A DNA stretch of 64,000 bases from an uncultured Clostridium sp. (GCA_947087745.1 CAMUDX010000005.1:854-64853), one strand, 5' to 3'. Shown: positions 10,606 to 20,712, numbered from the stretch's first letter. The notes: generated by a model not told the origin, from the sequence alone. Made by a program: numbers and translations.

Positions 10606-11244
10606 TTATTTTTTTATACATTTGTTAATATATTTTTTATCAAGTATTTTATTTCTTATTATATTTATCCTTTTTTCTTCAATATCTTGTAGCATTTTGG
10701 CTATTTTACTATTTTCAATTTCAATTTTACAAATAATTTTATCTAAATATTTTATATTTATTATTTCTATATCTCCATTTTTACAATAATACTTAAATAT
10801 CTCTAAATTATTGTATTCTAATTCAACTTCTACTTCTATTCCTTGGCATTTGATTATCTTTTCTGCTTTTGAAATTGCATTTATAGTCGCTTCAGAATAA
10901 CAACTTACTAATCCTCCTGTTCCTAACAGTATTCCTCCAAAATATCTTGTAACAATAACAACAATATTACATAAATTATTTTTCTGTAATATTGAAAGCA
11001 TAGGTGCTCCTGCTGTCCCTGATGGCTCCCCATCATCACTACTCTTTTCAACAATTCTCCCATTTTCTGCAACTCTATATGCTACACAATTATGTTTTGC
11101 ATCATGATATGTTTTTTTTATTTGTTTTATCTTTTCTTCTGCTTCTTCTACATTTTCTACATAAAATATATTTGCAATAAATTTTGATTTTTTTTCTATA
11201 ACTTCTGCTGTCGAACATTCTTTTATTGTGATAAATTCTTCCAT
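10606..11244 (-). CDS. yigZ: YigZ / IMPACT-family protein
   Basis: HNCVAYRV...SDDGEPSGTAGAPML motif. Confidence 0.85.
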   Translation of the reverse strand: MEEFITIKECSTAEVIEKKSKFIANIFYVENVEEAEEKIKQIKKTYHDAKHNCVAYRVAENGRIVEKSSDDGEPSGTAGAPMLSILQKNNLCNIVVIVTRYFGGILLGTGGLVSCYSEATINAISKAEKIIKCQGIEVEVELEYNNLEIFKYYCKNGDIEIINIKYLDKIICKIEIENSKIAKMLQDIEEKRINIIRNKILDKKYINKCIKK

Positions 11245-11265
11245 GTATTTTTCCTCTCTAAATTC

Positions 11266-11577
11266 TTAATGTTTTTGTTTTACATAACTTTTACCCTTAT
11301 GCTCATAATCAAGGAAAGCAAAACCTCCACCATTCCACCTTTTACTATTTCCAGCAAAATAAATACGGCATTTAAAAATATATTTTCTTTCCTCTATTGG
11401 TGCTGACTTATCTATACAACCATTAACTGTACTATATCTTTCACTTATATCTCCATTTATATAATACATAAATCTTTCATAATTTATGTTAGTGCCATAG
11501 CAAGTGCCTACATAATCATCATTATTATATTTATCTATATATTGTCTATCAATTAATTCCATATTCCAAACTTTCAT
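11266..11577 (-). CDS. Hypothetical protein
   Basis: 103-aa ORF with no clear RBS or motif. Confidence 0.4.
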   Translation of the reverse strand: MKVWNMELIDRQYIDKYNNDDYVGTCYGTNINYERFMYYINGDISERYSTVNGCIDKSAPIEERKYIFKCRIYFAGNSKRWNGGGFAFLDYEHKGKSYVKQKH

Positions 11578-11584
11578 CTACAAC

Positions 11585-12832
11585 TTATTCTATTTGACCT
11601 GCTACATATCCTGTTGAATAAGCAATCTGTAAATTAAACCCTCCTGTATATGCATCTACATCAATTATCTCTCCTGCAAAATACAATCCCTTTATTAATT
11701 TTGATTCTAAAGTTTTAGGATTAATTTCTTTTATATTAATTCCTCCACTTGTAATAATCGCCTCTTCTATTGGTCTAAATCCTTTAATATCAAAATCCAT
11801 ATTTTTTAAAATATGCACTAATTTTTTTCTTTGTTCTCTTGTTATTTCATTTACTCTTTTTTCTGGATTTATTTCTGATTTTTTAATTACATACTCTATC
11901 ATTTTCTGTGGTAATAATTTATCTAAACTATTTTTGTATTGCTTATTTTTTAATTCGCTAAAATCTCTTAAAATTCTTTCTTCTAATTTTTCTTCTGATA
12001 ATGCAGGTTTTAAATCTATATATATTTTTATTTTTTTATTTTCTAATAATTCATCTAAATTAGAATATCTTATTAAATGTGCTGAACTACTCAATATAAT
12101 TGGTCCTGATATTCCAAAATGTGTAAAAATCATCTCTCCAAAATCTTCATATATTATCTTATTTTTATTTACATCTAATATTTTTATTTCTGTATTTCTT
12201 AAACTTAGCCCTTGTAAATTTATTATTTCTTTTTTATTATATAATTCTAATGGAACTAGTGATGGTCTTATTTCTTGAATGATATGCCCCAATTTTTCTG
12301 CTATTTTATATCCATCACCTGTTGAACCAGTTAGTGGATAACTTTTTCCACCTGTTGCTAAAATTATTTTATCTGCATATATTTCTCCATTATTTGTTTG
12401 CACACCTTTAGCTTGTCCATCTTTTATTAATATTTCTTTAACAATCGTATTTAATTTTATTTTTACATTTAATTCTTTTAACTTTTTTATAAAACAGTTT
12501 AATACATCTATAGATTTATCTGTTACAGGAAATATTCTATTTCCTCTTTCTTCTTTTACTTTTAGCCCTTGTTCTTTTAGGAATTCTATTATATCTTGAT
12601 TGGTATATCTTTGAAAACAACTATATAAGAATTTTCCATTTCCATGTATGTTTTTTATAAATTCTTCCATTTCTAATGAACTTGTTATATTACATCTACC
12701 TTTTCCTGTTATTAGTAATTTCTTTCCCAACCTATCCATTTTCTCTAATAATATTACTTCATTTCCTTTTTTGGATGCCTCGATAGAGGCTATCATCCCT
12801 GCTGGTCCACCACCTATAACAATTACTTTCAT
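11585..12832 (-). CDS. BaiN/RdsA (HI0933-like) NAD(P)/FAD-dependent flavoprotein
   Basis: MKVIVIGGGPAGM dinucleotide-binding motif, family-typical length, C-terminal GGFNLQ. Confidence 0.85.
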   Translation of the reverse strand: MKVIVIGGGPAGMIASIEASKKGNEVILLEKMDRLGKKLLITGKGRCNITSSLEMEEFIKNIHGNGKFLYSCFQRYTNQDIIEFLKEQGLKVKEERGNRIFPVTDKSIDVLNCFIKKLKELNVKIKLNTIVKEILIKDGQAKGVQTNNGEIYADKIILATGGKSYPLTGSTGDGYKIAEKLGHIIQEIRPSLVPLELYNKKEIINLQGLSLRNTEIKILDVNKNKIIYEDFGEMIFTHFGISGPIILSSSAHLIRYSNLDELLENKKIKIYIDLKPALSEEKLEERILRDFSELKNKQYKNSLDKLLPQKMIEYVIKKSEINPEKRVNEITREQRKKLVHILKNMDFDIKGFRPIEEAIITSGGINIKEINPKTLESKLIKGLYFAGEIIDVDAYTGGFNLQIAYSTGYVAGQIE

Positions 12833-12903
12833 TAATTTCTTCCTCTCATTTTTCATCATTATATCATGTTTTTAGAGAATTTTCATTAAAATATTATAAA
12901 AAA

Positions 12904-13530
12904 TTATTTTTCCAAAAATTGCTTTACATTTTCGTATCTTTTATTTTCTTTTATTACTAAAGTCCATAAATAAATCAAAATAATTAAAATTGCAATATTA
13001 TGTATTTTTAAAATTACTATACTACTTATTAATGTTAATACTATTATTGTAATGTTTGAAAATATATGTATACACTCTATAGATTTTGTATATCCCCAAA
13101 ATATGTGTATAATACTTTTTAAAATTCTTCCTCCATCAAGTGGGAATATTGGTATTATATTAAATAACATTATTAGTAAATTAGCGTAAATTATATTTAT
13201 TTCTGATTTATTTAAAAATATATAAAATAATATTATAATTAAATTAGTAATTGGTCCAGCTATTGCTATCACTATTTTCTTCAGTTCTAATAAATTTGCA
13301 TTTTTTATTTTTTTATTATAATCTTTTGTATTTAGTTTAAATGCCACAGATAAGCCAAATGGCATTATTTCTATTTTTTCTGGTTTAAGTCCTAAAATTA
13401 TTCCCATGCATATATGACCTAATTCATGTAATATACAAAAAAACATTATTGTTGAATATATTTCTATTTGTTTAGTTAAATAAAACAACAATAAAAAAAC
13501 AAAGATTTTTAAATCTATTCTTAATCTCAT
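12904..13530 (-). CDS. M50 site-2 protease, SpoIVFB-like
   Basis: HELGH and NIIPIFPLDGGRIL motifs; polytopic membrane protein. Confidence 0.75.
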   Translation of the reverse strand: MRLRIDLKIFVFLLLFYLTKQIEIYSTIMFFCILHELGHICMGIILGLKPEKIEIMPFGLSVAFKLNTKDYNKKIKNANLLELKKIVIAIAGPITNLIIILFYIFLNKSEINIIYANLLIMLFNIIPIFPLDGGRILKSIIHIFWGYTKSIECIHIFSNITIIVLTLISSIVILKIHNIAILIILIYLWTLVIKENKRYENVKQFLEK

Positions 13531-13563
13531 ATTTCTTCCTTTTCTTTGCTATAAAATATATAT

Positions 13564-14556
13564 TTAAATATCTAAAATTAATTGTGGGTCTATATATCTT
13601 CCTGCTTTTCTAATTTCAAAATGTAAATGCGGTCCTGTAGAATTTCCTGTTGACCCGACTTCTGCAATCTTTTGTCCTTGTTTTACTTCTTCTCCTTCAT
13701 TTACTAGTAATTTAGAGCAGTGTGCATATACTAGTATTATATCGTTTATTTCAATTTTTAAATGATTGCCATAGTCTCCTTTTGTTGAGTTTAATATTAC
13801 TTTTCCATCTGTTGCTGAAATTATGTCTGTTCCCATGTCTGCACCTATATCTAACCCTGTATGGTATTTAGATACTGTACTTACTGTTGGATTACGTACC
13901 CCAAATTTAGATGTTATTGTTCCTTGTAGTGGTATTATAAAACTAATATTATTTTTTATTTCATTTGCCTCTTGTTTCATCTGCTCTTCTTCTGTTAATT
14001 CTTTTTGTTCACCAATATTAACTCCTATATCTTGCTCATTTGCTCCTCCTATACTATTATCTGTTGGATTATTTGTATCAACTGGATTTTCTGTATTCTG
14101 TGTATTATTAGTATCTTGGGAATCCTCTGGACTTCCAGTGTTTTGGGTATTTTGTTCGCCCTCTGTTTGTGTATTGTCTTGATTTTCTTGTTGGTTTGTA
14201 TTTTCTTGTTGTTGCTCATTTGTATTTTCTTTCATTAGTCTATTCTCTAAGTTATTAAAATAGCTACAGATTTGTGAATATATTTCATTGAAATTGACTT
14301 CATATGCCAAAATTTCATTAATTTTATTTTTTAATTGTTCTGAAAATATAAAATTATTATGTATTAATCCATAAAATATTAAGTATATTAATGCACATAT
14401 AATTATTTGATTACGCATCTTCTTTATTACTGATGTATTTTTATTTTTTTCTAAATTTACTCTGGCTGTTGTATTTCTTAATTCATATCCTTTTCTTCTA
14501 TTGTAAATCTCTTCTGCTCTTCTTATTTTTTCTTCTACTGATATAGTTCTTTCCAA
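13564..14556 (-). CDS. M23 (LytM-domain) peptidase with a TM anchor and a Q/N/T-rich linker
   Basis: HTGLDIG...GNHLKIE...GSTGNSTGPHLHFEI. The likely start is TTG at 14556 (AAAGGAG 8 nt upstream); the track ORF starts at 14565. Confidence 0.85.
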   Translation of the reverse strand: MERTISVEEKIRRAEEIYNRRKGYELRNTTARVNLEKNKNTSVIKKMRNQIIICALIYLIFYGLIHNNFIFSEQLKNKINEILAYEVNFNEIYSQICSYFNNLENRLMKENTNEQQQENTNQQENQDNTQTEGEQNTQNTGSPEDSQDTNNTQNTENPVDTNNPTDNSIGGANEQDIGVNIGEQKELTEEEQMKQEANEIKNNISFIIPLQGTITSKFGVRNPTVSTVSKYHTGLDIGADMGTDIISATDGKVILNSTKGDYGNHLKIEINDIILVYAHCSKLLVNEGEEVKQGQKIAEVGSTGNSTGPHLHFEIRKAGRYIDPQLILDI

Positions 14557-14620
14557 ATAAAACACTCCTTTTCCTTTGTTTCATACTAATGTATATGATG
14601 GAAAAAGAGCTTTTATGTTA

Positions 14621-14980
14621 TCATATTAAATTTATTATTAAACTTATGAATAATCCTATGCTTACTATAAGACTATAATTTCTTAATATTTTATATTTTG
14701 TTTTTAAAGTTTTACTTGGCTTTTCTGGTACCTTATTATTTTCTATTTTTGTGACAAAGTTTGAAACAATCATTTCTGCCTCTTTTACAATATATTCTTT
14801 GTCCTTTTCTTTCTTTTGTTCATTTTTTTGTTTACTATTTTTTTCAATAGTTTCAAATTTTTTTGCATATTTATTTGACTTTACAATAAATATTGCTTCT
14901 TCTATAATATTCGAAGGTAATTCTCTTAATACCACTATATTTTTCATTCCACTTGTATCCATATATATCCAACCTTTCAT
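14621..14980 (-). CDS. Hypothetical protein with a C-terminal TM segment
   Basis: 119-aa ORF; the start codon is ambiguous. Confidence 0.4.
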   Translation of the reverse strand: MKGWIYMDTSGMKNIVVLRELPSNIIEEAIFIVKSNKYAKKFETIEKNSKQKNEQKKEKDKEYIVKEAEMIVSNFVTKIENNKVPEKPSKTLKTKYKILRNYSLIVSIGLFISLIINLI

Positions 14981-15247
14981 AAACCGTTTATATTTCTATT
15001 TATATTTTTACCACTTTTTTCTAGCTTATACAGAGAATTATGAATATTATAATATTATAACCATATATTGTTATTTATATAAATTAAGATACAAATTACT
15101 TTATTAATGAATATTTTTATTAAAATTATTTATATATTTTATTCTTTTTTATCTAGGAAACTAACTGTTCCTATTTTATAAATATCTCAATTTGCATTAT
15201 TTCAATATTATAATTTATTATCTCTACCCTCCTTTGATTATGATTTT

Positions 15248-16525
15248 TTACATTCCTGTAATTGGTAATTTTTTTATTATTTTTTCTTGTTCAACTTCTA
15301 TTTCTGTTATTTTATTTGATACTTCAATTTTTTTCTCTTTAGAATTATTTACTACAATATTAATTGTTTCATTTAATTCAATGTTTATTTCTATAAGTTC
15401 ATCATAATTTATATATCCATCTAAAGTCCTAGTTTCTTTTAAATAATATTTCCCAGGTAATATTTTATCTATTATTATTTTTCCATTTATATCTGTTATT
15501 AAGTTTGAATAAATAATTTCTTTATTTTCATTTAATAATTCAAATTCTATTCCCTGTAATGGTTTTTTACTTTCTTTATCTTGTTTTAGTATATTTATTT
15601 TTGTTTTATTTTCTCCATAATTTTCTGGATATGTAGTATTACCTTCTTCATATTCATATACTGTCAAGGCATAATTTTGAAAGCCTTGGTTTTGGGATAC
15701 TCCATATAAAATTGGTTTTGTTAAACTTTCTGTTTCTACATTTATTTTAAATTCTCCATTATTATTTAAATTATTTATTGGAATCAATATTTTAAATTGT
15801 TCGTTTTTATTAAATTTATTTCTTTCTTTATTACTTATATTCGTAATTTTTATTCCTTCTGGAATATTCTCTCCTGAGATAGTAATTATATAATTTTTCA
15901 TTATTGCTGATGATTTTACTTCATAAGTTTTTGATACATAATCTTTATTTTCTAAATCTTGTTCCCAATTAGTTTGATTAGTTGTGATTTCAGATTGGTT
16001 TGATGATGGTATTTCTGTTGAATTTTCAGCTGTTTCTACTATTTGTCTGAATGCATTTAATACTCTGTATCCTTCATCGCAATCTGCTGAATATTTATTG
16101 TAGTCTCTGTTTTTTAAATAATAATATACTGCTTGTTTCGTTGCTAAATATGCTTCTTTTTCATTTGCTACTCCTAATTCTTCAATAGTTTTGTATGGAT
16201 ATCCATTTATTAATATCCTCCATAATTTTACATCTTGTATTTTTCCTGATATTGTTACATCATATTGGTCAACTTCTCCTATCCCTGGTAAATCAGGGTT
16301 TATGCAATATGCCGGATATTCTATTCCGTCTTTATTATATACTACATATGTTCCTCCTAATGGTTTTCCAGAATATATTAATACTTTATCACAATATACT
16401 TTGTCATATACGTTTACTTGATTTATCGAGTCTGCTTGTACAGAATTTTTTACTAATATTAAATCTGATAATATAATCATAATTATTATTAGTAATATTC
16501 CTACTATTTTTAATGTTAATTTCAA
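15248..16525 (-). CDS. Thioester-domain / SpaA-fold surface adhesin with a truncated sorting signal
   Basis: Signal peptide; YCINPDLPG and TKQAVYYY (Cys/Gln thioester-domain-like); C-terminal Cna-B/SpaA-like domain (LKQDKESKKPLQGIEFELL...PGKYYLKETRTLDGY). The ORF ends LPITGM-stop with no hydrophobic tail. Confidence 0.65.
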   Translation of the reverse strand: MKLTLKIVGILLIIIMIILSDLILVKNSVQADSINQVNVYDKVYCDKVLIYSGKPLGGTYVVYNKDGIEYPAYCINPDLPGIGEVDQYDVTISGKIQDVKLWRILINGYPYKTIEELGVANEKEAYLATKQAVYYYLKNRDYNKYSADCDEGYRVLNAFRQIVETAENSTEIPSSNQSEITTNQTNWEQDLENKDYVSKTYEVKSSAIMKNYIITISGENIPEGIKITNISNKERNKFNKNEQFKILIPINNLNNNGEFKINVETESLTKPILYGVSQNQGFQNYALTVYEYEEGNTTYPENYGENKTKINILKQDKESKKPLQGIEFELLNENKEIIYSNLITDINGKIIIDKILPGKYYLKETRTLDGYINYDELIEINIELNETINIVVNNSKEKKIEVSNKITEIEVEQEKIIKKLPITGM

Positions 16526-16540
16526 TTTTTGCTTCCTTTC

Positions 16541-17122
16541 TTATTGTTTTTCTATCGCCTGTACACATCTTCTGTATTGTGGCTTATTTTCTATACATGT
16601 TATTAATGTTATTTTATTTTCTTGTGTGTTTTCTAAATAGCTCCAATCAATATCACTTATTTGTATATTTTGCATAACTTCGTATATTTTTTTATTTTCA
16701 CCAAATGTATATATTATCTTATCACCTTCCTTTAATTCTTTTAACCTTGCAAAATAATTTACAGGATATCCTCTATTATGTGCTGCTAATCCTATATTCC
16801 CATTCAATTTTTTTGTTTCTTCAAAATGTCCTACATATCCATTTAATATATTTGCATCTGTTCCTTCTGCAATTGGTGCTATTAGTGATATTTCTGGTAT
16901 TTCTATTTGCCAATTTGAATTTTGTGAAATTTCTTCTTTTTCTATATTTGTTTCTTCTATTATTTTTTCATTATTGTTTATTATGTTATTTTTTATATTT
17001 TCACATCTTGTTATAAATTCAAAACTATTTTCTGTTCTTTTGTTTGTTAAAAAATTCATACCTAAAAATACTACAGTCGTTAAAATAAGTGCTGCAATAT
17101 TTATGAATCTTTTAGAATACAT
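16541..17122 (-). CDS. Sortase
   Basis: N-terminal TM, catalytic His (LAAHN) and TLITC Cys motif. Confidence 0.85.
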   Translation of the reverse strand: MYSKRFINIAALILTTVVFLGMNFLTNKRTENSFEFITRCENIKNNIINNNEKIIEETNIEKEEISQNSNWQIEIPEISLIAPIAEGTDANILNGYVGHFEETKKLNGNIGLAAHNRGYPVNYFARLKELKEGDKIIYTFGENKKIYEVMQNIQISDIDWSYLENTQENKITLITCIENKPQYRRCVQAIEKQ

Positions 17123-17179
17123 TCATATTTGTCACCTGCCTTTTGGATATTTTTTTACTTGTTTCATCGAATAAATTTC

Positions 17180-17245
17180 TTGAATAAAATTTTTTTGAAT
17201 TAATTTTTTGAATTAACTTTTTTTGAATTTATTTGAATTTTGAAT
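17180..17245. repeat. Six TTGAAT copies within T-tracts in a divergent promoter region
   Basis: TTGAAT at 17180, 17195, 17208, 17223, 17233 and 17240, including three TTTTTTGAATTAA-like units. Confidence 0.6.
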
Positions 17246-17422
17246 AAAGTAATTTGTATGGTTTTATAATACTATAATTATATACCTTTGTAAAGTTCTT
17301 TTCGTCGACCATTTTCGACATCATAAACTATAACATTACTAAAATAGCTATTTTTCCTAAAAATTCTATTGCTAATTTTTTCGCATAATGTTATCATTAT
17401 CTTATATGAGAAGGAGATTTCT

Positions 17423-18349
17423 ATGGAACAACCTATTTTTAATTTTTACGATACAACAAGCTTAAAATCATATAATTTAGATAAACATATTAAATATCAA
17501 CTTAATTTATTAGATACTTTAGATGTATATACTAGAATTCATTGTGAAAATGTTGCTAACATTACTTGTAGATTATGTGAATATTTACATTGTTCAAAAT
17601 CTTTTACAATTTTTTGTACTACATGTGCATATTTACATGACATTGGAAAATTGTTTATACCTCAAAATATATTGCAAAAAAATTCCACTTTAACTGAAGA
17701 TGAATTTGAAATAATGAAAAAACATACAATATATGGATATAACATGTGTAATGAAGATTTAGAATTAAGACCTTATGCTGCTACTGCATTAAATCATCAT
17801 GAAGCTTTAAATGGTACTGGTTATCCTAATGCTTTAACTAAAAAAGATATTCCATTAGAAGCTCAAATTATTAGAGTTGCTGATATATTTGATGCTTTAG
17901 TTAGTAAACGCCAATATAAATCTCATATTGATATTTCTGATGCATTAAAAATGATGATTGAAGATGTCAAACCAATTAATAAAAAAAGTAAATTACTTTC
18001 TGAAAATACAGGTAAGTCAAATCCTTTAATTATTAAAAAATTATTTAAAGTTGTATTAGACGATATATATTATGAAATTTATTGTACTGAAGGGTATGTA
18101 AAACAATTAAAATCTGAACTTGATAGATTTGAAACCATTCTTAAATATGAAGATTCTATGAATTCTTCAAAAAAGCAAAAAGAGAAAGATTATTATTTGT
18201 CAGGTATTAATATTTTATTGAAAAATAACGAGACTATTGAAAACTATAAGTCTTTATATGATGAATATAAGAATGCCTATAGTATAAGAAAAAATATTAT
18301 AGATAATTTGTATAAAGAAATTAAAATTATAAAAAAATTAAAAGTTTAA
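17423..18349 (+). CDS. HD-GYP domain protein (putative c-di-GMP phosphodiesterase)
   Basis: HD...HHEALNGTGYP motif. ATG at 17423 follows GAAGGAG. Confidence 0.85.
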   Translation: MEQPIFNFYDTTSLKSYNLDKHIKYQLNLLDTLDVYTRIHCENVANITCRLCEYLHCSKSFTIFCTTCAYLHDIGKLFIPQNILQKNSTLTEDEFEIMKKHTIYGYNMCNEDLELRPYAATALNHHEALNGTGYPNALTKKDIPLEAQIIRVADIFDALVSKRQYKSHIDISDALKMMIEDVKPINKKSKLLSENTGKSNPLIIKKLFKVVLDDIYYEIYCTEGYVKQLKSELDRFETILKYEDSMNSSKKQKEKDYYLSGINILLKNNETIENYKSLYDEYKNAYSIRKNIIDNLYKEIKIIKKLKV

Positions 18350-18395
18350 AAATCTAAAATAGATAAATTAGAATTTTTATATATTATATTCTAAT

Positions 18396-18887
18396 TTATC
18401 TATTAAATATTTCTAATATTCTGCTAAAGAAGCTTTTATCTTCTTGTTGTATTCCTTCTGTTGATGCTTCTATATAGTCCTCTTTATCTAGCTCTGTATA
18501 TATTGTTTGATTATTTGTTTGTTTTTGCATTCCTAATTGTTCTGTTGCAATTTTTTCTATATTATTTAAGTTTAAACTACCTTCTAAACTAATTTCTAAT
18601 TGTTTATTTTCCTTTTGTATAGTTGCTAGTTGACTTTTTTGTGATTCTATTGCTTTAAGTTCTTCATTGATTATTGAATTTCTGTAGCTTATTACTAATA
18701 ATGTAGCAAAAATAGCAACTACTAAAAATATCTGTTTTTTTCTTTCCTTTTTTATTTGTTTTTCTAACTTCTTATTTATTTTTGGAGTATTTTCTATTAC
18801 TTCTAACTTCTTTTTGTTTCTTTTTCTTCTATAATTTGGCTCTAGTTTTTTTGGACTAGTTTCATATTGATATGCTCCTCTTGCCAT
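18396..18887 (-). CDS. ftsL: Cell-division protein FtsL-like
   Basis: Lies directly downstream of rsmH. Lys-rich N-terminus, single TM, coiled coil, LNNIEKIATEQLGMQK. Start at MARGAYQ follows GAGGAGG. Confidence 0.7.
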   Translation of the reverse strand: MARGAYQYETSPKKLEPNYRRKRNKKKLEVIENTPKINKKLEKQIKKERKKQIFLVVAIFATLLVISYRNSIINEELKAIESQKSQLATIQKENKQLEISLEGSLNLNNIEKIATEQLGMQKQTNNQTIYTELDKEDYIEASTEGIQQEDKSFFSRILEIFNR

Positions 18888-18924
18888 ATTTACTACACCT
18901 CCTCTTTTGTATATTCTCATATTA

Positions 18925-19860
18925 TCATGTATTTCTTTTTTCGAATATTCTTAATTTTGCACTTTTAGATCTTGTGTTTTCACTTTGCTCCTTGTCTGTT
19001 GCTACTATAGGTTTTTTGTTTACTACTTTTCCTAATGACTTAGCTCCACACACACAATATGGTAATTCTTTAGGACAAGTGCATATTCCTTCTGCTTTTT
19101 CATATGCTCTCTTTACTGCTCTATCTTCTAATGAATGGAATGTTATTACACATAGTCTTCCATTTTCTTTTAGTAAATCTATTGCATTTAATACTGTATT
19201 ATATAATGGCTCTATTTCATTGTTTACTTCTATTCTTAACGCTTGAAATGTCTTTTTAGCGGGATGACCATTATTTTTTGCAAATTGTGGAATTGATTTT
19301 TCTATTATTTGTACTAATTGTGATGTTGTTTTTATTTCTTCGTTTTTTCTTAATTCACATATATTTTTTGCTATTTTCCTTGAATATTTTTCTTCTCCAT
19401 ATTCGAATATTATATTTGCCAGTCTTTCTTCTGAATATGTATTTATAAGTTCTTTTGCTGTAAATGACTGATTTCTATCCATTCGCATATCTAAGTCGTT
19501 GTCTCCAAGATAACTAAATCCTCTTGACTTTTCATCTAATTGATATGACGATACACCTAAATCTAGAAGTATTCCATCTACTTTAGGTATATTATTTTCT
19601 TCAAATATTTTATTGATTTCATCATGGTTTCCATGAATGTATTTGACATTTTTAAATTCTTGTAAATTTAACTTAGCTGCTTTTAAGGCATCTTCATCTC
19701 TGTCTATCCCTATTAATAATCCTGTATTTTGTAGCCTTTTTAGTATTTCCTTGCTATGCCCTGCTCCACCTAATGTTCCATCTACATATATTCCATCTTT
19801 TTTTATATTTAATCCATTTAGTGTTTCTTCCAATAACACAGGTTTGTGATAAAATTCCAA
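18925..19860 (-). CDS. rsmH: 16S rRNA (cytosine1402-N4)-methyltransferase RsmH
   Basis: HKPVLLEE...DGTLGGAGHS...DLGVSSYQLD motifs. TTG start follows GAGGTG. Confidence 0.95.
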   Translation of the reverse strand: MEFYHKPVLLEETLNGLNIKKDGIYVDGTLGGAGHSKEILKRLQNTGLLIGIDRDEDALKAAKLNLQEFKNVKYIHGNHDEINKIFEENNIPKVDGILLDLGVSSYQLDEKSRGFSYLGDNDLDMRMDRNQSFTAKELINTYSEERLANIIFEYGEEKYSRKIAKNICELRKNEEIKTTSQLVQIIEKSIPQFAKNNGHPAKKTFQALRIEVNNEIEPLYNTVLNAIDLLKENGRLCVITFHSLEDRAVKRAYEKAEGICTCPKELPYCVCGAKSLGKVVNKKPIVATDKEQSENTRSKSAKLRIFEKRNT

Positions 19861-19931
19861 GTTACACCTCTATTTTGTTTTTATTTAATATTTACAGCTA
19901 GCTTTTCTAAATAGAAAACCTAGCTGCTCTA

Positions 19932-20263
19932 TCTTGTGTATTTAATTTTTTCATCTATTTTTCTTTTGAATATTAAATATCTTTTGTAATTCTCTTTTAG
20001 TTTTCTATTATTTATCTTTTGTATTTTCTTCTTTCGTACAATTTTATCTTTAGTAATTTTAGCTTTTGTATCTCTCTTTTTTCTTTCGTTTATTTTTCTT
20101 TTGTGTTTAATTTTTAAATTTTTATCTTTAGTATAATTTTTCTTTGGTAAATTTCTTGTTTTATCTTTTGTAGTCTTTTCTTTTGTTTCTTTACTTTTTT
20201 AATCTTTAGTAAAACTTGTCTTTTGTGTTTTTTTCTTTTGTTTCCTTAAAATTTTTTCTTTAG
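19932..20263 (-). repeat. Array of same-strand short motifs in the mraZ-rsmH spacer
   Basis: Plus-strand TCTTT[T/A/C]G at 19962, 19980, 20015, 20030, 20047, 20082, 20097, 20125, 20164, 20179, 20203, 20219, 20234 and 20257, plus about 5 one-mismatch variants. On the transcribed strand these read CNAAAGA. Confidence 0.7.
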
Positions 20264-20286
20264 TTTTTTATATAAACTTTTGCAAG

Positions 20287-20712
20287 CTATATACCTAACA
20301 TAGTCATATTCTCTGCAATTTCATCTGCTGAAATTTCTTCATCGCATTTTGACCATTTTTCTTTATCCCATATTTCTAGCCTTGTTCCTACTCCTATTAT
20401 TACTACATCTTTTGTTAATTCTGCTGCCTCTCTTAAATTTGTTGGGATTAAGAATCTTCCCTGCTTGTCTATCTCACATTCTGTTGCACCTGATAGGAAA
20501 AATCTTACGAAGTTTCTAGCATTTTTGTCTGTTAGTGGTAATGATTTTAGTTTTGTTTCGAAATTCAACCACTCATTTTGTGAAAATACAAACAAACATC
20601 CATCTAATCCCTTTGTTACTATGAATGTTTCTCCTATGTCTTGTCTTAATTTTGCTGGCATTATTACTCTTCCTTTAACATCTAGAGAATGTTCATATTC
20701 ACCTATAAGCAA
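20287..20712 (-). CDS. mraZ: Transcriptional regulator MraZ
   Basis: [22 protein letters not shown] and a second SpoVT/AbrB-like repeat (DKQGRFLIP). The likely start is TTG at 20712 (GGGGTG upstream); the track ORF starts at 20721. Confidence 0.9.
   Translation of the reverse strand: MLIGEYEHSLDVKGRVIMPAKLRQDIGETFIVTKGLDGCLFVFSQNEWLNFETKLKSLPLTDKNARNFVRFFLSGATECEIDKQGRFLIPTNLREAAELTKDVVIIGVGTRLEIWDKEKWSKCDEEISADEIAENMTMLGI

Noticed and set aside
14060-14235. Short direct repeats (TTTGTATTTTCTT twice) and biased composition inside the M23 peptidase gene.
   Set aside because: They correspond to a Q/N/T/E-rich low-complexity linker (ENTN...), which is ordinary linker repetitiveness.
19932-20263. 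The repeat-rich mraZ-rsmH spacer might be a CRISPR array or a tandem repeat.
   Set aside because: The only recurring unit is a 7-8-nt motif with variable 13-28-nt spacing. There is no 23-bp or longer conserved repeat and no cas genes.
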